Assembly (NCBI GenBank): GCA_963836715.1
Contig: CAWIKH010000001.1
Location: 81,705 to 145,704, forward strand
DNA from: an uncultured Solirubrobacterales bacterium
GTDB taxonomy: Bacteria > Actinomycetota > Thermoleophilia > Solirubrobacterales > Solirubrobacteraceae
Reading direction: 5' to 3'
Length of the DNA stretch: 64,000 nucleotides
Part shown: positions 37,819-53,472 of the stretch, in pieces
Numbering within the stretch: the first letter of the stretch is position 1
Layout of the letters: every line of letters begins with the position of its first letter
Program-made: the position numbers and the translations under genes
Notes under the pieces: generated by a model
Database searches by the model: none
What the model saw: the letters and a program-made list of their open reading frames with translations, nothing else
Told to the model about the DNA's origin: nothing

Positions 37819-38834
37819 AGCCGCGCCACCAACCGTTGCGGCCGATACGGCTCGAGCGCCGCACGCGCCGCCACCCGGTAGGCGGCGAGCATCGCGTCGT
37901 CCGCCGTGAACGCGGCCTCGAGCGCGCGCGCGACCGTGCCGGCGTCGCGGTCGGCGGCCACGAAATCGGGCGCCAGCGCCCGCGCGATACCGAGGCCCGG
38001 GAACGGACCCCCGCCCGGGGCGCAGACCAGTGCCGTGCCGCGATCGATCGCCTCGAGCGGCGCCACCCCGAAGTCCTCCCACTCCGCGGCGCTGACGAAC
38101 ACACGCGCGCGCGAGAGCAGATCGCGGAATGACGGCTGCGGCAGCATGCCGACGAGCTCGGCGCGGGGCGGCAAGCGGACGTCGCGGCGAGCCAGGAAGT
38201 CAACCGCGCGCTCGCGCGGGATGCCCGCGATCACCAGACGCGCGCCCGGTAGCTCGGCCTGCTCCCACGCCGCGCACAGCAGCGCGAGCCCTTTGGCCTT
38301 CGGGTCGGGCGTGTAGCCGACCGCGACCGGCTCCCGCAAGTCGGCTGGGACCGGCGCCGGCGGGACCGGTGGCGAGATCAGCACCGTCGGCGCGGCGCCC
38401 AGCGGCAGCGCCGCCACCGCGCCCGGACTGTGCGGCATCAGCACGCGCGCGCGGGTCAGTTGCCGGCGCTCGAGCACATGCAGCGGGATGCTGGCGAGGC
38501 CCGGGCGGTTGAGGCGCGCCGGCGCGTCGAGCCAGACCGCGAACGGCACCTCCGGCGATCCCGCCAGCAGCGCCGCCGTCGTCGTCGAGAACACCACCGC
38601 TCGCGGCCGGTACCGCCGCAAGCCCGAAGCAAAGGCCCGCCGCGCCGCGATCGCCTCGACCACGTCGTTGACCGGATAGGCCCGCCGGAGCGCGTTCGTC
38701 AGCCCGATCCGCGTCGCCACCGCCGCGACCGACGCGCCGGCCTCGCGAAGCATGTCGACGAGCTGGGCATCGGCCAGCCGCAGCCCTCGGGTGGTGCCGA
38801 GCGACACCACCAGCACGTCGACCCGCTCGCTCAC
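37782..38834 (-). CDS. GT4-like glycosyltransferase
   Basis: PKAKG, WEDFGVAPLEA; GTG overlaps the upstream stop. Confidence 0.8.
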   Translation of the reverse strand: MSERVDVLVVSLGTTRGLRLADAQLVDMLREAGASVAAVATRIGLTNALRRAYPVNDVVEAIAARRAFASGLRRYRPRAVVFSTTTAALLAGSPEVPFAVWLDAPARLNRPGLASIPLHVLERRQLTRARVLMPHSPGAVAALPLGAAPTVLISPPVPPAPVPADLREPVAVGYTPDPKAKGLALLCAAWEQAELPGARLVIAGIPRERAVDFLARRDVRLPPRAELVGMLPQPSFRDLLSRARVFVSAAEWEDFGVAPLEAIDRGTALVCAPGGGPFPGLGIARALAPDFVAADRDAGTVARALEAAFTADDAMLAAYRVAARAALEPYRPQRLVARLQEEVLPALLGR

Positions 38835-40069
38835 GTGCGACGGTCCGCCAGCGCGCGGCGGTATGCGGCCAGCGTCTCCTCGCCGCAGCGCTCCCACGTG
38901 AACGACGCCACCACGGTGCGCTGCGCCTCGGCGCCGAGGCGCGCGAGCTCGGCCCGATCATCCGACAACCGCGAGATCTCGGCCGCGAGGGCGGCGGGGT
39001 CGTCGGGCGCCACCAGCACCATCCCCCCGCCGGCGGCGGCGATGTCCTCGGGCCCGCCCTCGCCGCGGCTGCCGATCGCCGGCAGCCCCGCCGCCATGGC
39101 CTCGACGAACGCCACCCCGAACGGCTCCTCGATGCCCGGCATCACGAACAGGTCGCACGCGGCCGCGCGCGCCACCGCGTCCGGGTTGGCCAACTGACCG
39201 ATGAAGCGCACGCGATCGCCGAGCCCGAGCTCCCCCGCGAGCTTCTCGAGCGGCTCCCGCCGCGGGCCGTCGCCGATCACCAGGTACTCGGGCCGGCGCG
39301 CGGGGTCGATCATCGCCATCGCCCGGAGCACGACGTCGTGGCGCTTGCGCGCGACCAGGTGGGCGACCGTCACGATCCGGACGCGGCCGTTCGCGGCCGC
39401 ATCGGGAGCACCCCCGGCGGGCATGTCCGCCCCGAGGTGGACGACCTCCATCGGCAGTGATCGGCCTGCGATCTCCTCGCAACGGCGGCCGGCCCAGCGG
39501 CTGTTCGCCATCACGAGGTCGGCGGCTCCGAGCGCGGCGCGGCACGCGCGTCTGCCCACCGCGCTCTCCGAGGCCACGTGGATCATGTCCGGACCGTGGG
39601 CGGAGACGACGAACGCGGGGCGATCCGCGGGCGGCCGGCGCGCCACCCAGCGCGCGGCGGCGTGACCGGCCGGAGCCAGGCAGTGGGCGTGTACCACGTC
39701 GCAACCCCAATCTGCATACAGCCGGTCGAGCGCACGCCCGAGCGTCGGCGACATCCAGTAGCCCCAGCCGCCATACGAGATCGGTCGCGGGGGCGAGACG
39801 AACGGCACCGGCATGACCTCGAGCCCGTCCAGCGTCTTGGGCCGCAACGATGTCCGGGCCCCGGCGATCCAGCGGCTCACCGCACCGATGGCCGGGGGAA
39901 TATGCAAAAGGCCACGCGCCACCGACAGCGGCGGGATCGGGCGCCGCAGCGCCAGCACGCGCACGTCCGCGCCCGCCGAGCGGGCGGCCAGCGCCTGCCG
40001 ATGGGCCCAGATGCCGAGCACCGGGTCCCCCGCCGACGGGTACCACTCGGCTACCACCGCGACACGCAT
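38831..40069 (-). CDS. GT4 glycosyltransferase
   Basis: VVHAH, HLVARKRH, EPFGVAFVEAMAAGLP, FTWE. Confidence 0.9.
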   Translation of the reverse strand: MRVAVVAEWYPSAGDPVLGIWAHRQALAARSAGADVRVLALRRPIPPLSVARGLLHIPPAIGAVSRWIAGARTSLRPKTLDGLEVMPVPFVSPPRPISYGGWGYWMSPTLGRALDRLYADWGCDVVHAHCLAPAGHAAARWVARRPPADRPAFVVSAHGPDMIHVASESAVGRRACRAALGAADLVMANSRWAGRRCEEIAGRSLPMEVVHLGADMPAGGAPDAAANGRVRIVTVAHLVARKRHDVVLRAMAMIDPARRPEYLVIGDGPRREPLEKLAGELGLGDRVRFIGQLANPDAVARAAACDLFVMPGIEEPFGVAFVEAMAAGLPAIGSRGEGGPEDIAAAGGGMVLVAPDDPAALAAEISRLSDDRAELARLGAEAQRTVVASFTWERCGEETLAAYRRALADRRT

Positions 40070-40088
40070 CAGCCGAGTGTGTCAGCGG

Positions 40089-40364
40089 CTACTGGCCGAC
40101 GGAGAACAGCGCCTCGAGGTCGTGGCGGGAGTAGACCTCGAACGCCACCATCGTGTGCGTCCGCACCACCCCCGACAGCTGCGAGATCTGGCCGGTGACC
40201 ACCGTTGCGAGCTGCTCCTGCTCGCGCAGCCGCAGCAGCGCGACGAAGTCCCACTCGCCGGTCACCGAGTAGGCCTCGGCCACTCCCTCGAGGTCGGCCA
40301 GCTCGCCGCCGAGCGTCGCCAGTGCCGAGCGGTCCGCCTGGATCAGGACGATCGCGTGGGTCAC
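40089..40364 (-). CDS. Standalone Lrp/AsnC ligand-binding domain protein
   Basis: GVAEAYSVTGEWD, GVVRTHTMVAF. Confidence 0.85.
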   Translation of the reverse strand: MTHAIVLIQADRSALATLGGELADLEGVAEAYSVTGEWDFVALLRLREQEQLATVVTGQISQLSGVVRTHTMVAFEVYSRHDLEALFSVGQ

Positions 40365-41035
40365 GCCGAGTGCGACTGTCCGGGCTCGAGCACGACCACG
40401 TTCGACTGCGTCGCCGACTCGACGTCGGACTTGAACGCCTCGGCGTCGGTCTCGATCGGCGGGAACGTGTTGTAGTGGCAGGGGATCACGGTCTTGGCCC
40501 CGATCAGCTCGGCCGCGTCGACTGCGTCCACGCGGTCCATCGTGTAGTGGCCGCCGATGCACATCAGCGCGACGTCGATCGGCGCGCGCTTGCCCACCAG
40601 CGCCATGTCGGAGAACACGCACGTGTCGCCCAGGTGGTAGACGACCGTGTCGCCGATGCTGATGAGGAGGCCCGCCGGCGTGTTGACGGTTCCCTTGGGC
40701 GTGGTCGAGGTATGCCAGGCGGGCACGAGCTTGACCCAGCCCCAGTCGAACTTGACGGTGCCGCCGAGGTTGGGGTCGCGCACGTCGACGCCTTCTTCCC
40801 CCAGCTCGCCGGCCAGTTCGACGATCGCCACCACCGGCGCGCCGGTGCGCTTGGCGATCGCGACCGTGTCGCCGATGTGGTCGGCGTGCCCGTGCGTGAG
40901 CAGGATCGTCGTGGCGGCGGCATCTTCGGCACTGATCGCGGCCTTGGGGTTTCCGGTCAGGAACGGGTCGATCAGAACGGTCGCGTCCCCGTCGTCGAGC
41001 TCAAAGCAAGCGTGGCCCAGAAAGCGCACTTCCAT
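40361..41035 (-). CDS. UPF0173 metal-dependent hydrolase (MBL fold)
   Basis: FLGHACF, IDPFLTGNP, THGHADH, HLGDT, PCHYNTF. Confidence 0.92.
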   Translation of the reverse strand: MEVRFLGHACFELDDGDATVLIDPFLTGNPKAAISAEDAAATTILLTHGHADHIGDTVAIAKRTGAPVVAIVELAGELGEEGVDVRDPNLGGTVKFDWGWVKLVPAWHTSTTPKGTVNTPAGLLISIGDTVVYHLGDTCVFSDMALVGKRAPIDVALMCIGGHYTMDRVDAVDAAELIGAKTVIPCHYNTFPPIETDAEAFKSDVESATQSNVVVLEPGQSHSA

Positions 41036-41041
41036 CTCTTC

Positions 41042-41395
41042 TCAATCCTCCTCTGTCGTTTGCGATCCTGGCGCACCAGGCTCGCGACCGAGCTCCCGCG
41101 CCAATTCGAACCCCACCGCGACGCCCACGAGCATCCCCAGACGGGTCTCCTCGGCGAGCATCGTCTGCACCGCCCGAACTCGGTCGATGACGTCGTCGTA
41201 CCCGGCCGCCTCACGAACCGCCTGGTTATGTCCCAAATCGAACCATCCCCCCTCGTCGAGCGCGGTGGCGAGCACCCGCTGGAGCGCCGGCGCCGAGCGC
41301 GCGACCAGGTCCTGCGCCTCACGCATCCGGTCCGGATCGGTGATCGCTGCGATCGCAGCCTCCAGCTCGGCGTCGGTGTAGGCGCGGTCGACCAC
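41042..41395 (-). CDS. Conserved hypothetical protein
   Basis: Clean ORF in an operon; EETRLGMLVGVAVGFELA. Confidence 0.7.
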   Translation of the reverse strand: MVDRAYTDAELEAAIAAITDPDRMREAQDLVARSAPALQRVLATALDEGGWFDLGHNQAVREAAGYDDVIDRVRAVQTMLAEETRLGMLVGVAVGFELARELGREPGAPGSQTTEED

Positions 41396-41472
41396 GGGGC
41401 GAGACTGATCATACGTCGGCAGCGACGGCCGGCTCCGGTTCAGTCCGGGGGCCAGAGCGCGAACGCGCCGGT

Positions 41473-42237
41473 CTAGCGTTCGCCCGTGAGGGCGAGCGGC
41501 AGCCCGACCAGGATCCCGGTCAGCACGCCGACCCCGGCCGCCGCCCAGCTCGCGCTAGGCACGGCGAGCGGCATCAGCGCCACCACCACCGCGATCACGG
41601 CGGTCCCCAGCAGGTCGCCGTCGATGTCCTCGCCGGCGCGGAGCGAGAGCAGATCCGGGATCGCCCACACGATCAGCAGCGCCAGCGCGGCGCCGTTGGC
41701 GCCCAGCGCGAGCGGGAGCGTCGAGTCGGCAGCGGTCACCGCGGCCCCGCCGACCCCTGCGATCGCGAACACCACGAGCACCAGCGCCGGACCGTGACGG
41801 CGCTCGAGCAGCCAGCCGTACACCGCGATCGTGCCCAACGCCACGATCGCGTAACCGGTGTTGACGTAGGTGAACGGCGCGACCAGCAACCGCCACCACA
41901 GATGCGTCCCGAACCGCGCCCACAGCTCGATCGCGTGGGTGCTGCCCACGAGGGCGGCCCGCCACAGCAGCGTCCCCGCGAACCCCGCCAGGACCAGCGT
42001 GATCGTCGCGTACGGGCGCGCCTCTGCGCGAATCCCGGGGATCTCGCCGCGGCGCAGGCGCGGCAGGGATGGGGCCGGCGAGCGCCGCTTGCGCTCGGTG
42101 ACCCGACCCTCGCGGTCGAGTTTCGGGGCCCGCTTGCGCAGCCGGCTCCCGCAATACGGGCACTCGGTTATGTACGGGCTCACCTCGGACTGGCAGTTCT
42201 TGCAAATTACGAACAGGTCCGGGCCGCCGGTGCTCAT
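41473..42237 (-). CDS. Zinc-ribbon plus rhomboid-fold membrane protein (catalytic residues apparently absent)
   Basis: CKNC…CPYC; WWRLLVAPF, LERRHG, GANG in place of GxSG. Confidence 0.75.
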   Translation of the reverse strand: MSTGGPDLFVICKNCQSEVSPYITECPYCGSRLRKRAPKLDREGRVTERKRRSPAPSLPRLRRGEIPGIRAEARPYATITLVLAGFAGTLLWRAALVGSTHAIELWARFGTHLWWRLLVAPFTYVNTGYAIVALGTIAVYGWLLERRHGPALVLVVFAIAGVGGAAVTAADSTLPLALGANGAALALLIVWAIPDLLSLRAGEDIDGDLLGTAVIAVVVALMPLAVPSASWAAAGVGVLTGILVGLPLALTGER

Positions 42238-42348
42238 AGCCACAACGATTGTACGAAGGTCGGGCGGTCCCGAACAGGGCCGGGGTGCGCCGTCCGACGT
42301 ATAGCCGGCCGATTCGCCGCCACGCCGCTGTCACGACGACGATTCGCG

Positions 42349-43455
42349 CTACACCGCGGTCGCAGCGACGATCTCGGCCACGACCTCGCGCAAGTCGTGG
42401 TTGGCCTCGTAGACCACGACCTGGCGCGCAGCGCCGTTGCCACGCTCGACCAGGTCCTCGACGGCCTCGAGCTCGCCCAGCGAGCCGAGGTCCTGGCAAT
42501 GGTCGCGCGTCCGGTCGATCAGCCGGCGGGCCAGCGCCCGGGTCGGCACGCGGTCCCAATGGGGCAGGTCGACCAAGTCGCCGTCGAGACCGTGACGGGC
42601 CGCCAGCCACTTGTTCTCGTCGAGCATCTCGAACGGATAGCGCGACAGCGGCTCGCCGGCGTCGAAGTGCTCGCACAGCTCGCGGACCAATCCCTGCACC
42701 AGCGCCGCGAGTCCGAGCGTGTGCTCGACGCGGGTCTGCGAGTCCATCACGCGGACCTCGACGGTCCCGAAGTTCGGGTGCGGCCGCACGTCGTGCCAGA
42801 GGTACGTGTAGTCCTCGATCACGCGCGCGTTGATCATGAACTCGATCCGCTGCTCGTAGTCCTCCCAGTCCTTGTACGTCGGCGGGATCCCTACCCGCGG
42901 GAACGTCCGGAAGATCGGCGTCCGGGTCGAGGCCAGCCCGGTGGCGTCGGCGCGCCAGAACGGGGAGTTCGCCGACAGCCCGAGCAGGATCGGGACGTGC
43001 ACGCGCATTCCGTTGGCGACGTGAATCGCCTTGTCGGGGTCGTCGACGCCGACGTGAACGTGCATGCCGAAGATCAGCTCCTGGCGGGCGACGAAGCGCA
43101 GCGCGGAGACGAGGTCGCGGTACCGGGGGCGGGCCACGATCCGCTGGTCCTCCCACATCGCGAACGGGTGGGTACCCGCCGAGCCGATCGTCAGGTTCTT
43201 GCGCGCCGCGGCCTCGCGAACCTGCGCCCGCAGCGCGCGTAGCTGTTCGCCCGCCTCGGCGGTGTTCGCGCAGGCGGCCGTCGAGACCTCCAGCACCGAC
43301 TCCATCAGCTCGGGCTTGATCTCGCCCGCCGGCGCCTGCTCGAGCAGGCTTTCGATCGCGTTGACGAGCTCGAGCGATTCGGCGTCGAGGATCATCATCT
43401 CCTCCTCGACCCCGATCGTGTAAGCAGCTCCCCGGACCTGGAACTTGTGCTCCAT
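42349..43455 (-). CDS. YbdK-family carboxylate-amine ligase (glutamate-cysteine ligase 2)
   Basis: YTIGVEEE, GTHPF, FGMHVHVG, SANSPFW, WHDVRPHP..GTVEVRVMD. Confidence 0.92.
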   Translation of the reverse strand: MEHKFQVRGAAYTIGVEEEMMILDAESLELVNAIESLLEQAPAGEIKPELMESVLEVSTAACANTAEAGEQLRALRAQVREAAARKNLTIGSAGTHPFAMWEDQRIVARPRYRDLVSALRFVARQELIFGMHVHVGVDDPDKAIHVANGMRVHVPILLGLSANSPFWRADATGLASTRTPIFRTFPRVGIPPTYKDWEDYEQRIEFMINARVIEDYTYLWHDVRPHPNFGTVEVRVMDSQTRVEHTLGLAALVQGLVRELCEHFDAGEPLSRYPFEMLDENKWLAARHGLDGDLVDLPHWDRVPTRALARRLIDRTRDHCQDLGSLGELEAVEDLVERGNGAARQVVVYEANHDLREVVAEIVAATAV

Positions 43456-43544
43456 CGCGGCGCAGGCTAGCGGGCGCGCCCCCCGGCGTGAGCAGTGGCC
43501 GTAGACTGAACGAGACACCTCACCAGAACGAAAGGGGGCCCCAA

Positions 43545-44462
43545 ATGGCTCTCGGATACGACGGCAAGCTCTACATCCTCGCGTTCGATCACCGGGGGTC
43601 GTTCCAGAAGAAGATGTTCGGGATCGAGGGAGCTCCCACGCCTGAGGAGACCGAGCGGATCGCGGACGCTAAGCGGCTGATCTTCGAGGGCATGCTCGCG
43701 GCCGTCCGCGAGGGCGCGGAGCCAGGCGCCACCGGCGTGCTCGTCGACGAGCAGTTTGGCTCCAACATCCCCGAGCAGGCACGCGAGCACGGCCTGAAGA
43801 TGGCAATGCCGGTCGAGAAGTCCGGGCAGGAGGAGTTCGACTTCGAATACGGCGAGGACTTCGCCGCCCACATCGAGAAGTTCGACCCCGACTTCTCCAA
43901 GGTGCTCGTCCGCTACAACCCCGATGGCGACGCCGACATGAACGAGCGTCAGAGCGCTCGGCTCAAGCGGCTTGCGGACTGGCTCCATGACAACGACCGA
44001 AAGTTCCTGTACGAGCTCCTGGTTCCCGCCACCGACGAGCAGCTCGCATCGGTCGGCGGCGACACCGAGCGCTATGACGCCGAGCTGCGGCCCGAGTTGA
44101 TGCGCCGCGCGATCGAGGGCACCCAGAACGCGGGCATCGAGGTCGACGTGTGGAAGATCGAGGGCGTCGACGAGCAGGCCGACGCGGCGATGCTCGCCGA
44201 GCAGGCCCGCTCCGGCCCGGGGCGCGAGGGCGTCACGTGCGTGCTGCTCGGCCGCGGCGCGTCGACCGAGAAGGTCGAGCAGTGGCTCCAGCAGGCCTCG
44301 CCGGTCGAGGGCTTCATCGGCTTCGCGATCGGGCGCTCGATCTGGTGGGACGCGCTCAAGGCCTACCTCGGCAACGACCTCGAGCGCGACGCTGCCGCCG
44401 AGCAGATCGCCAAGAACTACCTGCACTTCATCAAGGTCTACGAACGCCAGACAGTTCACTGA
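43545..44462 (+). CDS. DUF2090/LacD-like class I aldolase-fold protein
   Basis: LAFDHRGSF, LVDEQFG, KVLVRYNPD, DVWKIEG, LLGRGA, GFAIGRSI. Confidence 0.82.
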   Translation: MALGYDGKLYILAFDHRGSFQKKMFGIEGAPTPEETERIADAKRLIFEGMLAAVREGAEPGATGVLVDEQFGSNIPEQAREHGLKMAMPVEKSGQEEFDFEYGEDFAAHIEKFDPDFSKVLVRYNPDGDADMNERQSARLKRLADWLHDNDRKFLYELLVPATDEQLASVGGDTERYDAELRPELMRRAIEGTQNAGIEVDVWKIEGVDEQADAAMLAEQARSGPGREGVTCVLLGRGASTEKVEQWLQQASPVEGFIGFAIGRSIWWDALKAYLGNDLERDAAAEQIAKNYLHFIKVYERQTVH

Positions 44463-44523
44463 CCCGGCCGCTACCTACATCTACATAACGCCGGCGATTC
44501 CAGCTTGGTAGGCTCGGGCCGGC

Positions 44524-44769
44524 ATGGCGATGAAGATGCGCCAGAGTCTCGCCGAACTCGAGCAGGAGTTCCGGCAAGAGATCCAGTCGGACCGGCGCCG
44601 CGACGACCGCATAATGCGGCGCGCGCTCTCGCGCTCACGCAAGCGCCGGCGTGAGCGCGAGAAGAAGCGCAGCTCGGTGCGTTTCTGGGTGCTGATCGCC
44701 ACGCTGATCGGCACGGCCGTCGTCGTGACGATCGCGATGTTCGAAACGCTGTACCACCTGCTGGGCTAG
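44524..44769 (+). CDS. Small basic protein with a C-terminal TM helix
   Basis: Arg-rich segment then FWVLIATLIGTAVVVTIAMF. Confidence 0.65.
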   Translation: MAMKMRQSLAELEQEFRQEIQSDRRRDDRIMRRALSRSRKRRREREKKRSSVRFWVLIATLIGTAVVVTIAMFETLYHLLG

Positions 44770-44815
44770 TGGGCCTCGGATCTCCTGTCCGTCGCCGCCG
44801 GCGAAGCGGGCTGTT

Positions 44816-45049
44816 CTAGGTGCCCTCTCCCAGGCCACGCAGCGCCGCGTCTACCTCTTCGCGGGCGCCCTTGCCGGAGCCGAGACGCTCCTGCTGGATC
44901 TCGAGATAAACCTCCTTGCGGAATACGGGGATGTCGCGGGGTGCCTGAATCCCGATTCGCACCTTCTCGCCCATGATCGCCAGCACGGAGACCTCAATGT
45001 CATCGCCGATCATGATGCTCTGGTTGGACTTGCGGGTGAGTACCAACAT
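44816..45049 (-). CDS. csrA: Carbon storage regulator CsrA
   Basis: [21 protein letters not shown]…[19 protein letters not shown]. Confidence 0.95.
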   Translation of the reverse strand: MLVLTRKSNQSIMIGDDIEVSVLAIMGEKVRIGIQAPRDIPVFRKEVYLEIQQERLGSGKGAREEVDAALRGLGEGT

Positions 45050-45150
45050 TTGGGGGATGTGCCTCCCTGCTCGCCTGGTCGTCAACGAGGCAACCGGCAT
45101 GCCTCTTTCCACGAGGGGTCCGGTCCGCCGAGGCCAGCATACCGGTTGCC
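45050..45150 (-). promoter_or_regulatory. Structured csrA leader with a 14-bp stem and four GGA motifs
   Basis: ggcaaccggtatgc/gcatgccggttgcc stem (45089-45150) enclosing three GGA; a fourth GGA lies in the AGGGAGG SD. Confidence 0.55.
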
Positions 45151-45311
45151 ATCTGGTCTGGACAAGCATTGTGGAGGTTGTGCACCGGTCGCGCGCCATC
45201 GATCGCGGTCGCCGCCGGGCGCCGTCGATCGCGCTCGGCGAATCGATCTGAGCCCGGAGGTCGCCTCCCGCCGCGCTCCAACCGATGCCTGTACTAGTCT
45301 CCGCGCCGAGG

Positions 45312-45869
45312 ATGACTCGCCGATCGCTACGACCAGAGCTGAACCGAATCCGAGGCTGGGTTCGTCAGGGGCGCACGGACGCGTGGATCGCACACCAGCT
45401 CGAGGTGACCGTCCAGCAGATCCAGGCGTTCAAGCGCGAACAGGGCCTCGAGCCCGACGGCGAGCCCGAGCCCGGCGCGGCCGTCGACTTCGACGACGAG
45501 ATCGATCTCCGGGCCGAGGACGAAGCGTTGATCGCCGCCGAGCTCGCGGCCGAGGCGCAACGAGCGGAAGAGGCCGAGGAGGAAGAAGAGGAAGACGAGG
45601 GCGAGAAAGCCCCGGCCAAGCGCCGGCGCGGCCGGCGCGGCGGGCGACGGAGCACCCGGCGCAAGGCCACGACACTCGAGGCCACGTTCGACCACGGCGA
45701 GGAGGGCTACGGACTGTGGCTCGATCCCGCCGTTCAGGACGATCCGATCTACGCCGAGTACTGGGCCGGGCACCGGCCCGTCGAGGTGGCGATCGAAGAG
45801 GATCAGATCGTGATCCGCCGCGTCGGCGACGACGACGCCGAAGACGGCGACGCCGACAACGACGAGTAG
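45312..45869 (+). CDS. Conserved acidic hypothetical protein with an N-terminal HTH-like segment
   Basis: [18 protein letters not shown]; acidic and Arg-rich linker; [10 protein letters not shown]. Confidence 0.7.
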   Translation: MTRRSLRPELNRIRGWVRQGRTDAWIAHQLEVTVQQIQAFKREQGLEPDGEPEPGAAVDFDDEIDLRAEDEALIAAELAAEAQRAEEAEEEEEEDEGEKAPAKRRRGRRGGRRSTRRKATTLEATFDHGEEGYGLWLDPAVQDDPIYAEYWAGHRPVEVAIEEDQIVIRRVGDDDAEDGDADNDE

Positions 45870-45899
45870 GCCCGCCCACCCGCCCGCCCGCCAGGCCCG

Positions 45900-46265
45900 T
45901 CACTGCTGCGCGACGCGCGCGCCGCCGGCGTAGTCTGAGGCCTCGCGCACGTAGCGGGCGAACGCCGCGCCGGCGACTGTCGTCAGGTCCCAAGCCTCCG
46001 GGTTGCCGGGCGCCACGCGCGTCGCGATGTCGAAGCACCAATCGGTCCCGCGCTCGCCGTAGTAGCGCGCGAGCTCGTCGGTCGTGAACGTGCCGCCGAT
46101 CCGCCGGCGCAGCTCGTCGACAAGCTCGTCGGTGACCCGCTCGAGCGCGGGTCGGTCGCGCGGATCGGCCTGGGTGAGGCGGCGTTGCCCCTCGCGCCAG
46201 AGGCCGATGACGTCGTCGAATCGAACGTCGGGCACGGGCGGCGTCACCCCCGCCCCGGCCGGCAT
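45900..46265 (-). CDS. Conserved hypothetical protein
   Basis: ELRRRIGGTFTTDELARYY, AAFARYVREASDYAGG; follows the divIC-like gene. Confidence 0.7.
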   Translation of the reverse strand: MPAGAGVTPPVPDVRFDDVIGLWREGQRRLTQADPRDRPALERVTDELVDELRRRIGGTFTTDELARYYGERGTDWCFDIATRVAPGNPEAWDLTTVAGAAFARYVREASDYAGGARVAQQ

Positions 46266-46269
46266 GCGC

Positions 46270-46650
46270 TCAGCGACCCGGCAGCCCCGTGACCTCGTAC
46301 GAATGCTCGCCGGGCCGCACCATCCCGAGCGCGCGGGCATCGCTCAGGATCGTCGCCGGCTCGTTCAGCGAGCGCTGCTGAGCGCGCAGGCTCGCGTTCG
46401 ACCGCGACAGCTGCTGCACGATCGCGCGCTGCTGAGCGGCCTGGGACCGCACCGAGAAGTAGGCGACCGCCCGCTGCACGTACAGCCCAGCGACCACGCC
46501 CAGGATCAGCAGCAGGCTGACCCGGCCGATGCGATCCCAGCGAACCCGTCCCCGGAGCGCACGGCTGGCCACTCTCCGGGGTCGAGCGGACCTGGTGCGG
46601 CTGCGGCTGTTCGTGCGCGCTGGCGCGGTGGCGGTACGGGCTGAAGGCAT
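46270..46650 (-). CDS. Septum formation initiator (DivIC/FtsB-like)
   Basis: Single TM, coiled coil, ARALGMVRPGE; downstream of eno. Confidence 0.8.
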   Translation of the reverse strand: MPSARTATAPARTNSRSRTRSARPRRVASRALRGRVRWDRIGRVSLLLILGVVAGLYVQRAVAYFSVRSQAAQQRAIVQQLSRSNASLRAQQRSLNEPATILSDARALGMVRPGEHSYEVTGLPGR

Positions 46651-46720
46651 CCGCTACGCCCTTCGTTCGACGCCCGCGAATGCCTTCCTCCTGCATGAGA
46701 CCGTGCAAGCCGAAAACGGC

Positions 46721-48785
<2,065 letters not shown>

Positions 48786-48789
<4 letters not shown>

Positions 48790-49907
48790 CCCGTGGTCGC
48801 CGTGCCGGTGGTGGTCGTCGCCGTCTTCGGCGCCTTGTAGCCCTTGCAGTCGGCCATCGCGTACCCGGCGCGACAGGTCGTCTGGCTGAGCCAGTCGCTC
48901 TTGGCCTTGTTGTCGACCGCGGTCTGGGCGCTGGTCTGCGCCTGCGAGCTCAGCTGCTGCTTGATCAGCGGGGTCGCCTCGGCGAGCGACTGGTGCGTCG
49001 CCGGCTTGATCTTCGTCACCTCGAACACGTAGTAGCCAAACTGTCCCTTCACCGGGCCCATCAGCTTGTTGACCGGCGCCGAGAACGCCGCGCTGCTGAG
49101 GGCCGCATCCTCCTGCTGCTTGTTGACCCCGTTCAGCACGCCGCCGGTGCTCTTCGTGGTGGGGTCGGTCGAATACTTCTTGACGACCTCGGCCCAGCTC
49201 TGGCCCGACTGGAGCGCCTTCTTGGCCGCGAGCGCGTCGGCCTGGTCCTTCGCCAGGACGATCTTCATGTTGCGCGTCTCCTGCGTGCCGAACTGCGACT
49301 GGTGGCTGTTGTAGAAGGCCTCGATCTGCGCCGGGGTGACGGTCGTGGAGTGCTTGGCGATCAGCTTGCTCAGAACCTCGTTGACCCGGAAGCGGTACAG
49401 CACATCCTGGAGCGTCTGGCCGGTCTGGCTGAGGAACGTGTTGAACCCGGCGGCCGTGGGGAACTGCTGGTTCTTGGCGGTGGTGAAGGCTTTCTGCACC
49501 TCGGCGTCGGTGACCTTGACGCCCATCTTGGCGGCGTCGGCCTGGTACCAGTAAGCCTTGATCAGGAAGTCCAGCACCTGACTCGACAGCGAGGTGAACA
49601 GCTGCTTGCAGTCGGTGCGGAGGGTCGCCGTCTTCGTGTTCGCCAGGCTCGGGATCTGCTTCTTGACCTCAGCGACGCAGTTGTCGAAGTTCGGCGGATC
49701 GTTCGGGACGATCACGGGCTGGCCCGGGTTCTGAGCCGCCTGGCTCTTGGCCGCGACGTACATCCAGTGGTTGAACGTCTGCGTCGAGACCGGATTGCCG
49801 GCCACATCCACGACCGCGTCACCGGGGACGCCGCTGCCGCAGCCGGCCATCGCGACTGCGATCACAAAAAAGGCGCCAAGCGCCAGAATCGAACTACGGA
49901 CCTTCAT
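48786..49907 (-). CDS. PrsA/SurA-like lipoprotein peptidyl-prolyl isomerase
   Basis: Lipobox MAGC; KKYSTDP, GPVKGQFGYYVF; located between mfd and mazG. Confidence 0.85.
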
Positions 49908-50093
49908 CGGGGGGTGATGGTAGCGGGGGTATCGCGATCGGGAGCCCCACACGGTGAAGAATGGGCTAAGAACGGCTCCGGTACGTGTCGCCTGCGCGTG
50001 ACCGCGCGCTTCCTGACCGATTTGCTCGGCGGCGGCATCGGGCGCGAGTCACCCGAGGGCGACACGCACCTTCGCAGCTGGGGCGAGCCACGC

Positions 50094-53459
<3,366 letters not shown>

Positions 53460-53472
53460 CTCCCTACCGAGT

